A stretch of DNA of 28,717 nt. It comes from a virus. Taxonomy: Duplodnaviria > Caudoviricetes. How positions within the stretch are numbered: the stretch's first letter is position 1; every line of letters starts with the position of its first letter. The notes under the pieces were generated by a model. That model was not told where the DNA came from, ran no database searches, and saw only the letters and a list, made by a program, of their open reading frames with translations. Below are positions 9,083 to 18,170 of this stretch, in pieces. A program made the position numbers and the translations under genes. The DNA lies in IMG/VR virus record IMGVR_UViG_3300042307_001470, positions 1 to 28,717 of that record; one strand, 5' to 3'.

Positions 9083-9112
9083 TGCGTGAGTACCGGCAAA
9101 GGCGCCGGAACG

Positions 9113-9150
9113 AAGAAAGGCCCCCCGGGAGCGTCAACTCCCGGAGGGCC
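9113..9150 (-). terminator. Hairpin in the early leader; minus-strand intrinsic terminator-like
   Basis: GGCCCCCCGGGAG / CTCCCGGAGGGCC stem preceded by AAGAAA on the plus strand. Confidence 0.5.
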
Positions 9151-9176
9151 GAGCACCAAAACCCGAATCACCCGTC

Positions 9177-10001
9177 ATGAATGAAAGCGAGAATGAGATG
9201 CAAAACCAATTTAACACCAGTGATGATCTGTCGGCAACATCCCCGTACGGCGAGGCGTTCGAAGAGTACGACCCGCGGTTCATCCGGGACACCGACGACC
9301 CCGAACCCGCGGCACCGTCCGCGGGGCGGATGCGCAAGCACCGCTCCCTTGCCGAGGCGCGCCAGAAGCGGGACCGGCTGGTGGCCGACCTGTCGCCGCT
9401 GGCCGCTCTGGGTGTCGACCCGTCCGGCCCGCCGCTGAGTCGCCCCCAGGTGGCGCTCTTGCTCGGACTGTCCCACAAAACGGTTCGATCAACGGTGGCA
9501 CGTAACGCCGACGAGGTCGCCGGCGGCGACGCCGGAGCGGACCTGCTCGATATGACCGCGGTGGCCCGGTTGGCTTTGCTGACTCGCCACTCGGCCTCCC
9601 CGATGGTGGGTCGGATCCACCGGGCGCTCGATCCGGAGTCGGCGCGGCCGATTCTCCGGTTTGCAAGCCTCGAGGACGGCCCCACGGCTACTCACCGCGG
9701 GGCTGCTTCTGCCGCACTCGAGACCGCGTACGGGCTCATCACGTCCGTCTGGGATCAGGACCCCGCGGTGGTGTGGGAGCGCGCTCGCGGCATGGCGCCG
9801 GAGGAGGCGGCCGCGGTGATCGTGGTTCTGGCCGCAATCGTTCCCGACGACCGCTCGGGCCTGCTCGACTGGGTGAAGGGCATGACCCCCGACGGTACTG
9901 TCGCGGCGGGGCTGTGCCAGATCATCCCGACGCCGCAGACCGCGGCCGACGGGCGGGCGCTGTCCACCACCATCACGGACGCCGAGCTCGGGCTGCGATG
10001 A
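9177..10001 (+). CDS. HTH DNA-binding protein, antirepressor-like
   Basis: LSRPQVALLLGLSHKTVRSTVARNADE helix-turn-helix followed by AVARLALLTRHS; first gene of the arm; start may be ATG 9198. Confidence 0.6.
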   Translation: MNESENEMQNQFNTSDDLSATSPYGEAFEEYDPRFIRDTDDPEPAAPSAGRMRKHRSLAEARQKRDRLVADLSPLAALGVDPSGPPLSRPQVALLLGLSHKTVRSTVARNADEVAGGDAGADLLDMTAVARLALLTRHSASPMVGRIHRALDPESARPILRFASLEDGPTATHRGAASAALETAYGLITSVWDQDPAVVWERARGMAPEEAAAVIVVLAAIVPDDRSGLLDWVKGMTPDGTVAAGLCQIIPTPQTAADGRALSTTITDAELGLR

Positions 10002-10177
10002 CCGTGGAGCACGTCGCGCGGGTCGAGTACGTCTCCTACCACGGCGGGCGGCCCTTCCGGGCCGTCTGCCCGTGCGGGATGATCTCGCGCGCGTACGCGA
10101 CGGCGGAGGACGCGCAGGCTTTGGCCGACGCGCACACCGCCGACCCGTCAGTGCGGAACCTGTCGGTGGCGCGATAG
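9998..10177 (+). CDS. Small hypothetical protein, possible Zn-binding (59 aa)
   Basis: ATGA overlap; MTVEHVARV...AVCPCG...ALADAH. Confidence 0.65.
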   Translation: MTVEHVARVEYVSYHGGRPFRAVCPCGMISRAYATAEDAQALADAHTADPSVRNLSVAR

Positions 10178-10183
10178 GCGACA

Positions 10184-10218
10184 GCGGGGAGGCCGGCCGG
10201 GTTTACCGGCCTCCCCGC
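10184..10218. terminator. 13-bp GC hairpin closing the first early transcript
   Basis: GCGGGGAGGCCGG / CCGGCCTCCCCGC; no U-tract. Confidence 0.5.
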
Positions 10219-10242
10219 GAATATGCAGCCATTTCATGTGAC
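10218..10242 (+). promoter_or_regulatory. 25-bp element, copy 2, upstream of the replication operon
   Basis: CGAATATGCAGCCATTTCATGTGAC; CATACT at the same offset as TAGTAT in copy 1; GAAAGGA RBS downstream. Confidence 0.7.
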
Positions 10243-10289
10243 ACCCGTACCGCATACTTGTAGTAATCCCCGAAAGGACAACTAGCACA

Positions 10290-11075
10290 GTGACTCTCGC
10301 AACTCAGGACGACTTCTTCGCCGACGCGGTGCCCGCGCCGGTGGTGGATTCGGTGCGCGACGACCTGATCGCGGTGGTGGAGCGGGACTGGCTGAACCAC
10401 CCGCGGAGCCTGCAGCGCGCGATCGGACCGTCGGAGGTGGGCGTGGCTTGCACTCGCCAACTGGCGGCGAAGGTTGCGGGGGCACCGCGCGTGAATCCGG
10501 CCGGCGATATCATGCCGGCCTGGTTGGGCACCGCCGGGCACGCAAAGCTCGAGGAGGCGTTCAACGCCGACAACGCACGCCTCACCGCGGAGGGCAAGCA
10601 CCTGCGGTGGCTGATCGAGAATCGGGTGGAGGTTGCACCCGGTTTGTCGGGGAGCTGCGATCTGTTCGACGTCATCGAGGGCAGGGCAATCGACCACAAG
10701 TTCCTGGGCGCCACCACGTTCCGCGCGTACAAGAAGGACGGGCCGCCGCGCCATTACGTGGTCCAGGCTATGTGCTACGGGGCTGGTTGGGTTCGCGCCG
10801 GCTACGAGGTGCGGGAGGTCGCTATCTGGATGTTGCCCCGCGCCGGCAGCCTGTCCGGCTCGTATCTGTGGACGGCACCGTTCGACCCGTCGGTGGCCGA
10901 CGCGGCGGTGGATCGCCTCGCCAAGGTTCGCACGGCGGTCGCCGCTATCGGTGCGGCCGCAGATTTCTCGCAGTTGTCGCGGGTGCCGGCAACGCCGGAT
11001 AAGGGTTGCCGGTTCTGCCCCGTGTACTCGGCGGCGACACCTCGCGACGGCACGTTTTCCTGCCCGGGCAAGTAG
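10290..11075 (+). CDS. Cas4-like / PD-(D/E)XK exonuclease
   Basis: GPSEVGVACTRQ, GTAGH, GSCDL, IDHKF, QAMCY and CRFCP...C Fe-S ligands. Confidence 0.88.
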   Translation: MTLATQDDFFADAVPAPVVDSVRDDLIAVVERDWLNHPRSLQRAIGPSEVGVACTRQLAAKVAGAPRVNPAGDIMPAWLGTAGHAKLEEAFNADNARLTAEGKHLRWLIENRVEVAPGLSGSCDLFDVIEGRAIDHKFLGATTFRAYKKDGPPRHYVVQAMCYGAGWVRAGYEVREVAIWMLPRAGSLSGSYLWTAPFDPSVADAAVDRLAKVRTAVAAIGAAADFSQLSRVPATPDKGCRFCPVYSAATPRDGTFSCPGK

Positions 11076-11150
11076 CCCCCCAGACACCGCCCGCGGCGAG
11101 CGGACCAATCGCCGCGCCAAGGAAGAAATAACAGGAAGAGGTAACACACG

Positions 11151-11645
11151 ATGATCGACCCCAATCAGTTTCTGACGGGTAGCGGCTCGCCGGCCGCGAA
11201 GTTCCCGACGATCGGAACCACGGTGGCCGGAACGATCACCACCGAGCCGACGGTGGTGCAGCAGACCGCATTCGGCACCAACGAGCCCCTCGCATGGGCG
11301 GACGGCAGCCCGAGGCTGCAGATGGTCGTCGAGGTGAACACGGCGGAGGGCCCGCAGCGGTTCTTTATCAAAGCGGGTCTCAAGAACGCGGTGGCGGATG
11401 CGGTTCGCGCGGCCGGCGTGACGGGCCTCCAGGTGGGTGGCGCGCTCAGCGTGACGTACACCGGGGATTTGGCTCCGACCCGTCCCGGCATCGCGGGGGC
11501 CAAGGTGTACGCGGCCTCCTACACGGCGCCGGCCCCGGTGCCGGTGGCTGTGCCGGCGGGCCCGCCCATCGTGCCCGCACCGAAGGTGTCGGTTCCGACC
11601 GCTCCGCCGCTGACGGCTGAGGCCGCTCTGGCCGCGCTGGCCTAG
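11151..11645 (+). CDS. Putative single-stranded DNA-binding (OB-fold-like) protein
   Basis: AKFPTIGTTVAGTI...QQT...WADGSPRLQMVV...GGALSVTYTGD; follows the exonuclease; Pro/Ala-rich tail. Confidence 0.55.
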   Translation: MIDPNQFLTGSGSPAAKFPTIGTTVAGTITTEPTVVQQTAFGTNEPLAWADGSPRLQMVVEVNTAEGPQRFFIKAGLKNAVADAVRAAGVTGLQVGGALSVTYTGDLAPTRPGIAGAKVYAASYTAPAPVPVAVPAGPPIVPAPKVSVPTAPPLTAEAALAALA

Positions 11646-11654
11646 TGGTTAGCG

Positions 11655-11691
11655 CCCGGCGGCGCGGAGTTCGTAGCTCCGCGCCGCCGGG
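11655..11691. terminator. Strong intergenic hairpin
   Basis: CCCGGCGGCGCGGAG / CTCCGCGCCGCCGGG, 15-bp perfect stem; no U-tract. Confidence 0.5.
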
Positions 11692-11740
11692 ACTTCACCC
11701 ACCCATCCCCTGTCTGAGAGTTTGAGGAGGTCCCCCAAGT

Positions 11741-11992
11741 ATGCCCGATGTTTTGGTGTTCGAGTCGGCTGCCTGCCAGTCCTGCAAAGCGACTGAGCGT
11801 TGGTTGCAGTCGCGCGGTATCGAGTTCACCGCGGTGCGTGTCGACACTTTGCCGCAGGTTGGCGAGAAGTTGCGCGCCGCCGGCCACATGTCGCTGCCCG
11901 TCGTCAGCGTCACGCGTGAGGACGGCGGCATCGCACAGTGGGAGGGGCACCGCCCGTCCATGCTGGAGATGGTGCTCGGGGGTGCGGCGTGA
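11741..11992 (+). CDS. nrdH: NrdH-like glutaredoxin
   Basis: CQSC motif, GHMSLPVV, WEGHRP; GAGGAGG RBS. Confidence 0.88.
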   Translation: MPDVLVFESAACQSCKATERWLQSRGIEFTAVRVDTLPQVGEKLRAAGHMSLPVVSVTREDGGIAQWEGHRPSMLEMVLGGAA

Positions 11993-14499
11993 ATTTCGCT
12001 GACCTTCTGACTGATGCTCTCGGCTACACGGCCGACGAGTGTGTGTCGATTTCTACCGCGGCTCCCGGTTCGCAGTTCCGTAGCGTGGTGGTCCCGGTTA
12101 TCGAGGCCGTGGCGCTGGTGGAGTCGCTAGGCTCGACCGTGAGCGTCTATCACAGCGTCAACGCCGTTACGTGCGGCGGTGGTTCTGGCCGCGGCGGCGT
12201 CGATGACGTGACGCGGTTGGCCGCGGCGGTGGTGGATCTCGACGTCAAGCCCGGCGGCTGCCGGGACCTTCGGCATGCCCGCGAGATCCTGGCCGGCATT
12301 GCAGCTCTGATCGGTGCGCCGTCCGCGGTGGTGCGCTCCGGCGGTGGGCTGCATGGCTACTGGTCGATTTCCGACGGGCAGATCGGCTCCGACGCGGACC
12401 GCGCCCGCGCGGTGTCGCTGTTGAAGCGGTTCGGCGATATGTGCCGGCGGGTCGCGCGTGAGCATGGCGCGGAGATTGACAGCGTGTTCGATCTGGCGCG
12501 GGTGATGCGCACGCCGGGCAGCTGGAATATCAAGTCGGCGCCGCCGGAGTTGGTGGTGGCGGAGATGGCTCCGGGCGAGGCGTTGACGGTGGCGGGGTTG
12601 TCGTCGCTTCTCGACCGTCTTGGGGTGGCGGCGCCGGAGCCGGTGTCGACGCTCACGGTGGAGCAGACGTGGGCCGCCATGCCAACTAAGGATTGCGACT
12701 ACGCAAAGCAGGCACGGGCAGGTTGGCGTGACGATGTGCCGACTGAGGGCCGTCATCAGTGGCTGTTGTCGCAGATGGTGCGGGTTGCGGCGATGAAGCG
12801 TCGCGGCTGCCTCACCGCGGCCGGCGTGGAGTCGTCGAGGTCCGCGGTGGCGGCCCGGTTCCGGGTGTTGTGCGCGGACCGCGATGTGCCCGCTCCGGAG
12901 GTTCCTGACGCGATCGAGTGGGGCGAGAATCTCGTCGCCGGAATGTCCGATGAGGAGGTGCACGCCGAGTTGGGCGGGCACGCGCACCTGGAAGACCTTC
13001 TGGCTGACGGCCCGGTAACCGTGGAGGACGCGGTTACCGAGGTTTCGGAGCTGTTCGCCATGCGTGATGACGAGGGCGTCGATGATGGTGGCGAGGTCGA
13101 CGAGTCCGACCTGGCCCCCAACGCGGGGACGGTGCCGCGCACCGATGACGGCGCCGCAATGCTGGTTGTCCGCAGCTGGAAGGGCAACCTGCTGTTCGCG
13201 CCGGATCTGAACCGGTGGCTGATCTGGGACGGGTCGCGCTGGCGTCTGCGCCCCGACGATTCGCCCGCGTACATCGCGGTGCGTAGAACCATCCGCGCAA
13301 TCAGGGCAGGAGCAGACGTGGGCGTGTTGGCGTGGCAGCGTCAGTTGCAGTCGGCAAGCAAGATTTCCGGTGTGGCGGCCCTGGTTCGCCGCGATCCGGC
13401 GATCCACACTTCGGCCGATGATCTGGACTCGAACGGGTGGATTCTCAACGCGCCCAACGGTCTGATCTGTCTGCGGTCAGGTGACGTGTCTCCGGCTGAT
13501 CCGGCTGCGCGGTGCACACTGTCGACGGGTGTTCCGGTCGATCCGGACATGGCGACCCCGAGGTTCCTCGAGTTCATGGACCGCACGTTCGGCGGCGACG
13601 CTGAGCTGATCTCCTATATCCAGCGGTGGGCCGGCAAGTCGGCTATCGGTGAGATGACGTCGCAGACGGCGGCTTTTTGCAACGGTGAGGGAGCCAACGG
13701 TAAGTCCGTACTCGTCGAGGTTCTGGCTGGTGTGCTCGGCGAGTACGCGGCGATCATGCCGCCGGACTTCCTCCTCGCTGATCGTGGCGACCGCCACGAG
13801 ACGGAGATCGCCCGTCTGCGCGGGGTGCGACTGGCGGTGGCGTCTGAGGTCAACGGCGGCAACGGCGGTTCCTGGGATGAGACCAAGCTCAAGGCCCTCA
13901 CGGGTGACGGCACGCTGATCGGGCGCGCTATGCGTCAGGATCACTTCGAGTTCACGAACCGGCTAACCCTCTGGATCACTGGCAACCACATGCCGGTGGT
14001 TAAGTCCGGAGGGCACAGCTTCTGGCGGCGGCTGCGCCGCATCCCGTTTAACTACATCGTGCCGGTGTCGGAGCAGAAAGAGGGCCTGGCGGATAGCCTC
14101 ATCGCCTCAGAGGGTCCGGGCATTCTGTGGTGGATCGTTCAGGGTGCGTTGAACTTTCAGCGGTTCGGCGACGCTGACCCGCCGGCGGTGTTGGAGGCAA
14201 CGGCGGAGTACCGGCTGTCCGAGGATCAGCTGGGGCGGTTCGCCGAAGAGGCGCTGGTGTTCGGCGGCGGCGACACCGCCACGATCGCCTCTAACTCGCT
14301 GTACGTCGGGTATCGAAGCTGGTGCCGCGATCACGGTGAGGACGAGCTGACGGAGCGCGCGTTCATGAAGGAGCTGCGGGCGCGGTGGGGTGTCGAGCCG
14401 ATCAAGGTGACCGGCGGGCACCGTCACCGCAGCAACGTGTCTTGGGCTGAGACGCGCACGGCGGCGACGCCGGTCACGGCGGAGGATTTCCTCCGGTGA
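11989..14499 (+). CDS. DNA primase (AEP/RepB-like) fused to a P4/D5-family SF3 helicase
   Basis: GTG 11989 overlaps the nrdH stop; VDLDVK, SGGGLHGYW, RVMRTPGS primase motifs; GEGANGKS Walker A, LKALTGDG, TGNHMP, WRRLRRIPF. Confidence 0.93.
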   Translation: MNFADLLTDALGYTADECVSISTAAPGSQFRSVVVPVIEAVALVESLGSTVSVYHSVNAVTCGGGSGRGGVDDVTRLAAAVVDLDVKPGGCRDLRHAREILAGIAALIGAPSAVVRSGGGLHGYWSISDGQIGSDADRARAVSLLKRFGDMCRRVAREHGAEIDSVFDLARVMRTPGSWNIKSAPPELVVAEMAPGEALTVAGLSSLLDRLGVAAPEPVSTLTVEQTWAAMPTKDCDYAKQARAGWRDDVPTEGRHQWLLSQMVRVAAMKRRGCLTAAGVESSRSAVAARFRVLCADRDVPAPEVPDAIEWGENLVAGMSDEEVHAELGGHAHLEDLLADGPVTVEDAVTEVSELFAMRDDEGVDDGGEVDESDLAPNAGTVPRTDDGAAMLVVRSWKGNLLFAPDLNRWLIWDGSRWRLRPDDSPAYIAVRRTIRAIRAGADVGVLAWQRQLQSASKISGVAALVRRDPAIHTSADDLDSNGWILNAPNGLICLRSGDVSPADPAARCTLSTGVPVDPDMATPRFLEFMDRTFGGDAELISYIQRWAGKSAIGEMTSQTAAFCNGEGANGKSVLVEVLAGVLGEYAAIMPPDFLLADRGDRHETEIARLRGVRLAVASEVNGGNGGSWDETKLKALTGDGTLIGRAMRQDHFEFTNRLTLWITGNHMPVVKSGGHSFWRRLRRIPFNYIVPVSEQKEGLADSLIASEGPGILWWIVQGALNFQRFGDADPPAVLEATAEYRLSEDQLGRFAEEALVFGGGDTATIASNSLYVGYRSWCRDHGEDELTERAFMKELRARWGVEPIKVTGGHRHRSNVSWAETRTAATPVTAEDFLR

Positions 14500-14882
14500 G
14501 CCGGTCTAGGAGTTCGGCACGCGCGGCCGGCGCTCGCATGGAGCGTGTCGTTTCCGACTATCTTCGCGACGCCACCGGTAACGAGTTCATCGACCGCAAG
14601 GTGCGGACGGGCTCTCGCGATACCGGCGACGTGGGCGGGGTTCGCGCGCACGGTCAGCGGGTGGTCGTCGAGGTCAAAGATGTTGCGGCGCTCTCCATAC
14701 CTTCCGCTTTGCGGGAGGCTGAGGCCGAGGCGATCAACGACCAGGCCCTGTGTGGGGTGGTGGTGGCTAAGCGTCGCGGCATTGGTGATCCGGCGCAGCA
14801 GCTGGTCGCTATGACGCTCGGCCACTTCGCGGCGCTGTTGACCGGTGACCGCCGGCACTGGGTGGGTGTCGGGGATGAGTAG
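14496..14882 (+). CDS. Holliday junction resolvase (Hjc-like)
   Basis: GARMERVVSDYL, DTGDVGG, VVEVKD, VVAKRRG. Confidence 0.82.
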   Translation: MSRSRSSARAAGARMERVVSDYLRDATGNEFIDRKVRTGSRDTGDVGGVRAHGQRVVVEVKDVAALSIPSALREAEAEAINDQALCGVVVAKRRGIGDPAQQLVAMTLGHFAALLTGDRRHWVGVGDE

Positions 14883-15753
14883 GCAGTGCGGGGTCTGCGA
14901 GGGCCGGGCGTCGACCGGAGGCGTTATCTGCTGGCCGTGCGCTAATCGTTTGCGGGACGGCCTGATCGGCGGCGACGCCGGCCGCGCCTGGTCCACTTCC
15001 GGTCTGAAGTGGCTGATCCCCCGTCTCGAGGAGTGTGCGTACGGGCAGTCCCAGTTGGGTGGCGGCGGTAAGCGCGGCAAGGGCGACGCCTATCCGATGG
15101 AGCTGAACCTACGCGCGGCGGATCTGTTGCGCGATATCGATGTGGCTCTGTCGGGGTGGGTGCGCGACTTGGAGCCGGGGTCTACACCTATGGGGCGGGC
15201 CCGTTCCGCCGCAACCTATCTGGGTTATCAGTTGGATCAGGTGTTGGCGTTGCCGCACGTGCCGGCCATCTACAAGGCGGTGGAGCGGTTCAACGCGGCC
15301 GGGTTGAAGTTGATTAACCGTGAGCCGTCGGTGTACTGCGGTCCGTGTTCGGGCACGTTGGAGACCGGCGAGCCGTGCGGGTATGAGCTGTCCGCCGAGG
15401 AGGATGCGCGGGCGGTGGAGTGCCGGCGGTGTGGTGCGGTGCATGACGTCGACGAGATCCGGGCGCGGCTTCTTGGCCGGGTTGATTCGGAGCCGCAGCC
15501 GGCGGCGAACATTCACCGGATTCTGGGGTGGGTTGGGCGGCCGGTTCCGCGCCGCGAGTTCCACGCGGTCGTCGCGACGGTGACTCCGCGGATGTATTTG
15601 CAGGCCACTGGTGAGCGGAACTTGCGCCGCTTGCCGGACTCGGTGGCCTTGTACGCCTACGGCGACGTTGTCGCCGCTTTAGAGAATCCCGCCCAGGACA
15701 CGGACTCGGGTTCACACCGCCGGCGCCGCCGGCCTGTCCGAGGAGGTATCTGA
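14875..15753 (+). CDS. Zn-finger protein, probably DNA-binding
   Basis: Start ATG 14875; CGVC/CWPC and CGPC...C...CRRC clusters; C-terminal YAYGDV winged-helix-like end. Confidence 0.65.
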   Translation: MSRQCGVCEGRASTGGVICWPCANRLRDGLIGGDAGRAWSTSGLKWLIPRLEECAYGQSQLGGGGKRGKGDAYPMELNLRAADLLRDIDVALSGWVRDLEPGSTPMGRARSAATYLGYQLDQVLALPHVPAIYKAVERFNAAGLKLINREPSVYCGPCSGTLETGEPCGYELSAEEDARAVECRRCGAVHDVDEIRARLLGRVDSEPQPAANIHRILGWVGRPVPRREFHAVVATVTPRMYLQATGERNLRRLPDSVALYAYGDVVAALENPAQDTDSGSHRRRRRPVRGGI

Positions 15754-15754
15754 T

Positions 15755-15940
15755 ATGTCGGGTTTGTTTTCCCGGGATGGTGCCGCGACGTACTTGTCGA
15801 CGTCGCCGCGCCGGGTGGATGAGTTGCGCCGTGCCGGCCGACTGTTGGCGGTGCTCGATGGCCGCGAGTACAAGTACACCGCCGCAGATCTGGACACCTA
15901 CATCGCCGGGTTGAAGACGTCGGCGGAGGTGTCGCGGTGA
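15755..15940 (+). CDS. Excisionase-like HTH protein
   Basis: AATYLSTSPRRVDELRRAGRL...YTAADLDTYI; GGAGG RBS. Confidence 0.8.
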   Translation: MSGLFSRDGAATYLSTSPRRVDELRRAGRLLAVLDGREYKYTAADLDTYIAGLKTSAEVSR

Positions 15941-16092
15941 CGTGGCGCGGGTTGGGTTGGGTTGTTACGTGGCTGGCGGCCTGTGTGCTGTTGGTCGGCG
16001 GGATCATCGACGGCGCGAAGGGCACGCGCGCCGCCGAACAGTTGGTGTGCCGGGCCGAATGTTCGATCGCAGCAGAGGAGTTGGCGGCATGA
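15937..16092 (+). CDS. Small membrane protein (51 aa), absent from the ORF track
   Basis: MTWRGLGWVVTWLAACVLLVGGIIDG...; GTGA and ATGA overlaps with both neighbours. Confidence 0.65.
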   Translation: MTWRGLGWVVTWLAACVLLVGGIIDGAKGTRAAEQLVCRAECSIAAEELAA

Positions 16093-16856
16093 CCGGACCG
16101 AGAATCGCGGTGGTCGATATCGAGACCAGGCCCACCGAGGCTTACGTGTGGGGTTTGTTCGACCAGAACGTCGGCGTTAATCAGATCATAAAGCCGGGCG
16201 GAACGATCATGGTCGCCGCACAGTGGGTTGGCGAGAAGAAAGTCCACGTGCGCTCCGAGTGGGACACCGACGGCGGCTACGCCGGCATGATGCGGTGGGC
16301 CCACTCGGTGTACGACGAGGCCGATTTCGTCGTCACGTACAACGGTGCCCGGTTCGATAACGGGCACCTGCGCGCGGCGTGGGCGGAGTTGGGTATGTCG
16401 CCCCCCTCTCCGTGGCGTGACGTCGACTTGTACCGAACGGTGAAGAAGTTCAACTGGCCTAGCCGAAAGTTGGCGTTCGTGTGCCAACAGCTCGGTCTGG
16501 ATCTGAAAACCGATCCGGGCGGCTTCTCGACGTGGACCGACATCCTCACCGGTGAGGGCAAGGCGCGGGACTCGGCCCGCAAGCGCATGCAGAAATACTG
16601 CGCTAACGACGTGCGTATCACGTCTCAGCTGTTCGAGCGTCTGCGGCCGTGGATCGACGGCCTTAACGTGCCGCTGTACTCCGATGAGTCGGAGGATCTG
16701 TTGGCGTGCAACCGTTGCGGCTCCGAGGATGTGGTGCGCCGCGGGTTCGCGTACACCACGACCGCCCGGTATCAGAGGTTCCGTTGCTCGGGTTGCGGTG
16801 GCTGGTTGCGGTCTCGGAAGTCGGAGTCGCTCAAGACCGTTTTGGCGTCGGTGTGA
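16089..16856 (+). CDS. DnaQ/RNase H-like 3'-5' exonuclease with C-terminal Zn ribbon
   Basis: Start ATG 16089; VDIETRP, TYNGARFD, VDLYR, KYCANDV; CNRC...CSGC. Confidence 0.86.
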   Translation: MTGPRIAVVDIETRPTEAYVWGLFDQNVGVNQIIKPGGTIMVAAQWVGEKKVHVRSEWDTDGGYAGMMRWAHSVYDEADFVVTYNGARFDNGHLRAAWAELGMSPPSPWRDVDLYRTVKKFNWPSRKLAFVCQQLGLDLKTDPGGFSTWTDILTGEGKARDSARKRMQKYCANDVRITSQLFERLRPWIDGLNVPLYSDESEDLLACNRCGSEDVVRRGFAYTTTARYQRFRCSGCGGWLRSRKSESLKTVLASV

Positions 16857-17059
16857 GCGGCTGCGACGCGTGCTTGGACACGCGCTGGATCCGCTACGAC
16901 GAGAACCACCGCCGCCGCTGCGACATGTGCTGCATGCACGGCAGCGGGGTCTGGTTACTCGAGGAAGCGTACGGACCAGACAACGGTAAGTGGTGCTGCA
17001 AGGCCGGTTGCGGGGAGACGTGGGACTCCCCCGACCAGTATTACGGGAGGTCGCTGTGA
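16853..17059 (+). CDS. Cys-rich small hypothetical protein (68 aa)
   Basis: GTGA overlaps; CDAC, CDMCCMH, WCCKAGCG. Confidence 0.65.
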   Translation: MSGCDACLDTRWIRYDENHRRRCDMCCMHGSGVWLLEEAYGPDNGKWCCKAGCGETWDSPDQYYGRSL

Positions 17060-18168
17060 GAGTAATTAGCCACGGTGCCGGCATCGCCGGCGCTCTGCTT
17101 GCGGCCGGCGCCGTGTGGGGGGACACCGCCCGGGAGCCCCAGCTCGGCTTGTGGGCGGTGGCAATCCCCTTCGCCGTGTTTGCCCTGGTGTGGGGGATCG
17201 TCTCCAACGTGCTCGACGGCTATATAGACGAGTGGGTGGCGAAGCCCGCGCCGCACCCGTTGGAGGGTGTACCTGTACCCGCGGCACCGCCAGCACCGCC
17301 ACCAGCGCCCACTCCCGCCGGAACGTACGACGCTGAGGCCGGGCGGAGCTTGCTTGGTTACGCGGTGGGCACCGGTGAGCCCGTGTGGATTACGTGGAGC
17401 GGTAATGCCGGCGCGATCGTTGGTGGTGTGCCTGGCAGTGGTAAGACCGCGAGCATGCTTCCTGTTATCGCGGGCCTAGCCGACCGGGCCGAGCTCTGGA
17501 TATTCGACGGCAAGGGGAGTTTCGATCTGCAAGTCTTCGCCCCGGTGGCGGCCATGTGTTCCCGGTCCGTGGAACTCGACGCACTGGTGGAAACACTGGC
17601 AAAACTCGAACAAATGATCGAATTACGCGCGACCGCGGTTCACACCGCTACAGGGCAACATGATTTTTGGGCAGTCCCGGTCGCAGACCGCGAGGCGCTC
17701 GGCCTGTTCCCCGTGTTCTTGATACTGGACGAGGCCCAGGTGTGGCTAACTTCGACGGGGCTAAAGGGCGAAGAGCGGGCCACCGTCGAAGGGAACATCC
17801 GCGGGGTTAGAGGTCTCGTGCAGCGTGGGCGCTTTGCAGGCATTACGACAATCGCTACCTCGCAGAAACCAAGCGCGGCGACCTTTCCTACTCTTCTACG
17901 TGATTGTTGTTCGAATAAAATCGCGTTCAGGTGCACTACCTCCGCGCAGGCCCGCACCGTACTCGGCGACGTCCCCGACGACGCACCGGCGCCGTCGGAG
18001 ATTCCCGGCACGGCGAAGGGGCAGTGCGTGGTGGTGAGTGATTCTGGCGCAGCGGTTCTCACCCAAGCCGGCTACGCGGATCACAAGTCTCTAGAACGGT
18101 ACATCGCCGGCGTTCGCAAGGTGCCGGACCAGTTCGAAGTTGCCAAGAAGTTGGCGGGGAAGGACTGA
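17056..18168 (+). CDS. Membrane-anchored FtsK/SpoIIIE-family ATPase (TraB-like)
   Basis: GTG 17056 with GGAGG RBS; two N-terminal hydrophobic helices, Pro linker, GGVPGSGKT, IFDGKG, ILDEAQ, QRGRFAGI, TSQKP. Confidence 0.86.
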   Translation: MRVISHGAGIAGALLAAGAVWGDTAREPQLGLWAVAIPFAVFALVWGIVSNVLDGYIDEWVAKPAPHPLEGVPVPAAPPAPPPAPTPAGTYDAEAGRSLLGYAVGTGEPVWITWSGNAGAIVGGVPGSGKTASMLPVIAGLADRAELWIFDGKGSFDLQVFAPVAAMCSRSVELDALVETLAKLEQMIELRATAVHTATGQHDFWAVPVADREALGLFPVFLILDEAQVWLTSTGLKGEERATVEGNIRGVRGLVQRGRFAGITTIATSQKPSAATFPTLLRDCCSNKIAFRCTTSAQARTVLGDVPDDAPAPSEIPGTAKGQCVVVSDSGAAVLTQAGYADHKSLERYIAGVRKVPDQFEVAKKLAGKD

Positions 18169-18170
18169 CC

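Noticed and set aside
7975-9137. Short ORFs across the control region
   Set aside because: They overlap promoters, iterons and boxes, lack RBSs and have atypical codon usage
10290-11075. CRISPR-Cas system
   Set aside because: Solo Cas4-like nuclease, common in phages; no other cas genes and no repeat-spacer array
12127-17207. Long minus-strand ORFs (for example 12127-13407 and 15657-17207) and similar shadow ORFs elsewhere
   Set aside because: Antisense or off-frame artefacts of high GC over well-supported, coupled genes; Arg/Pro-rich with no motifs
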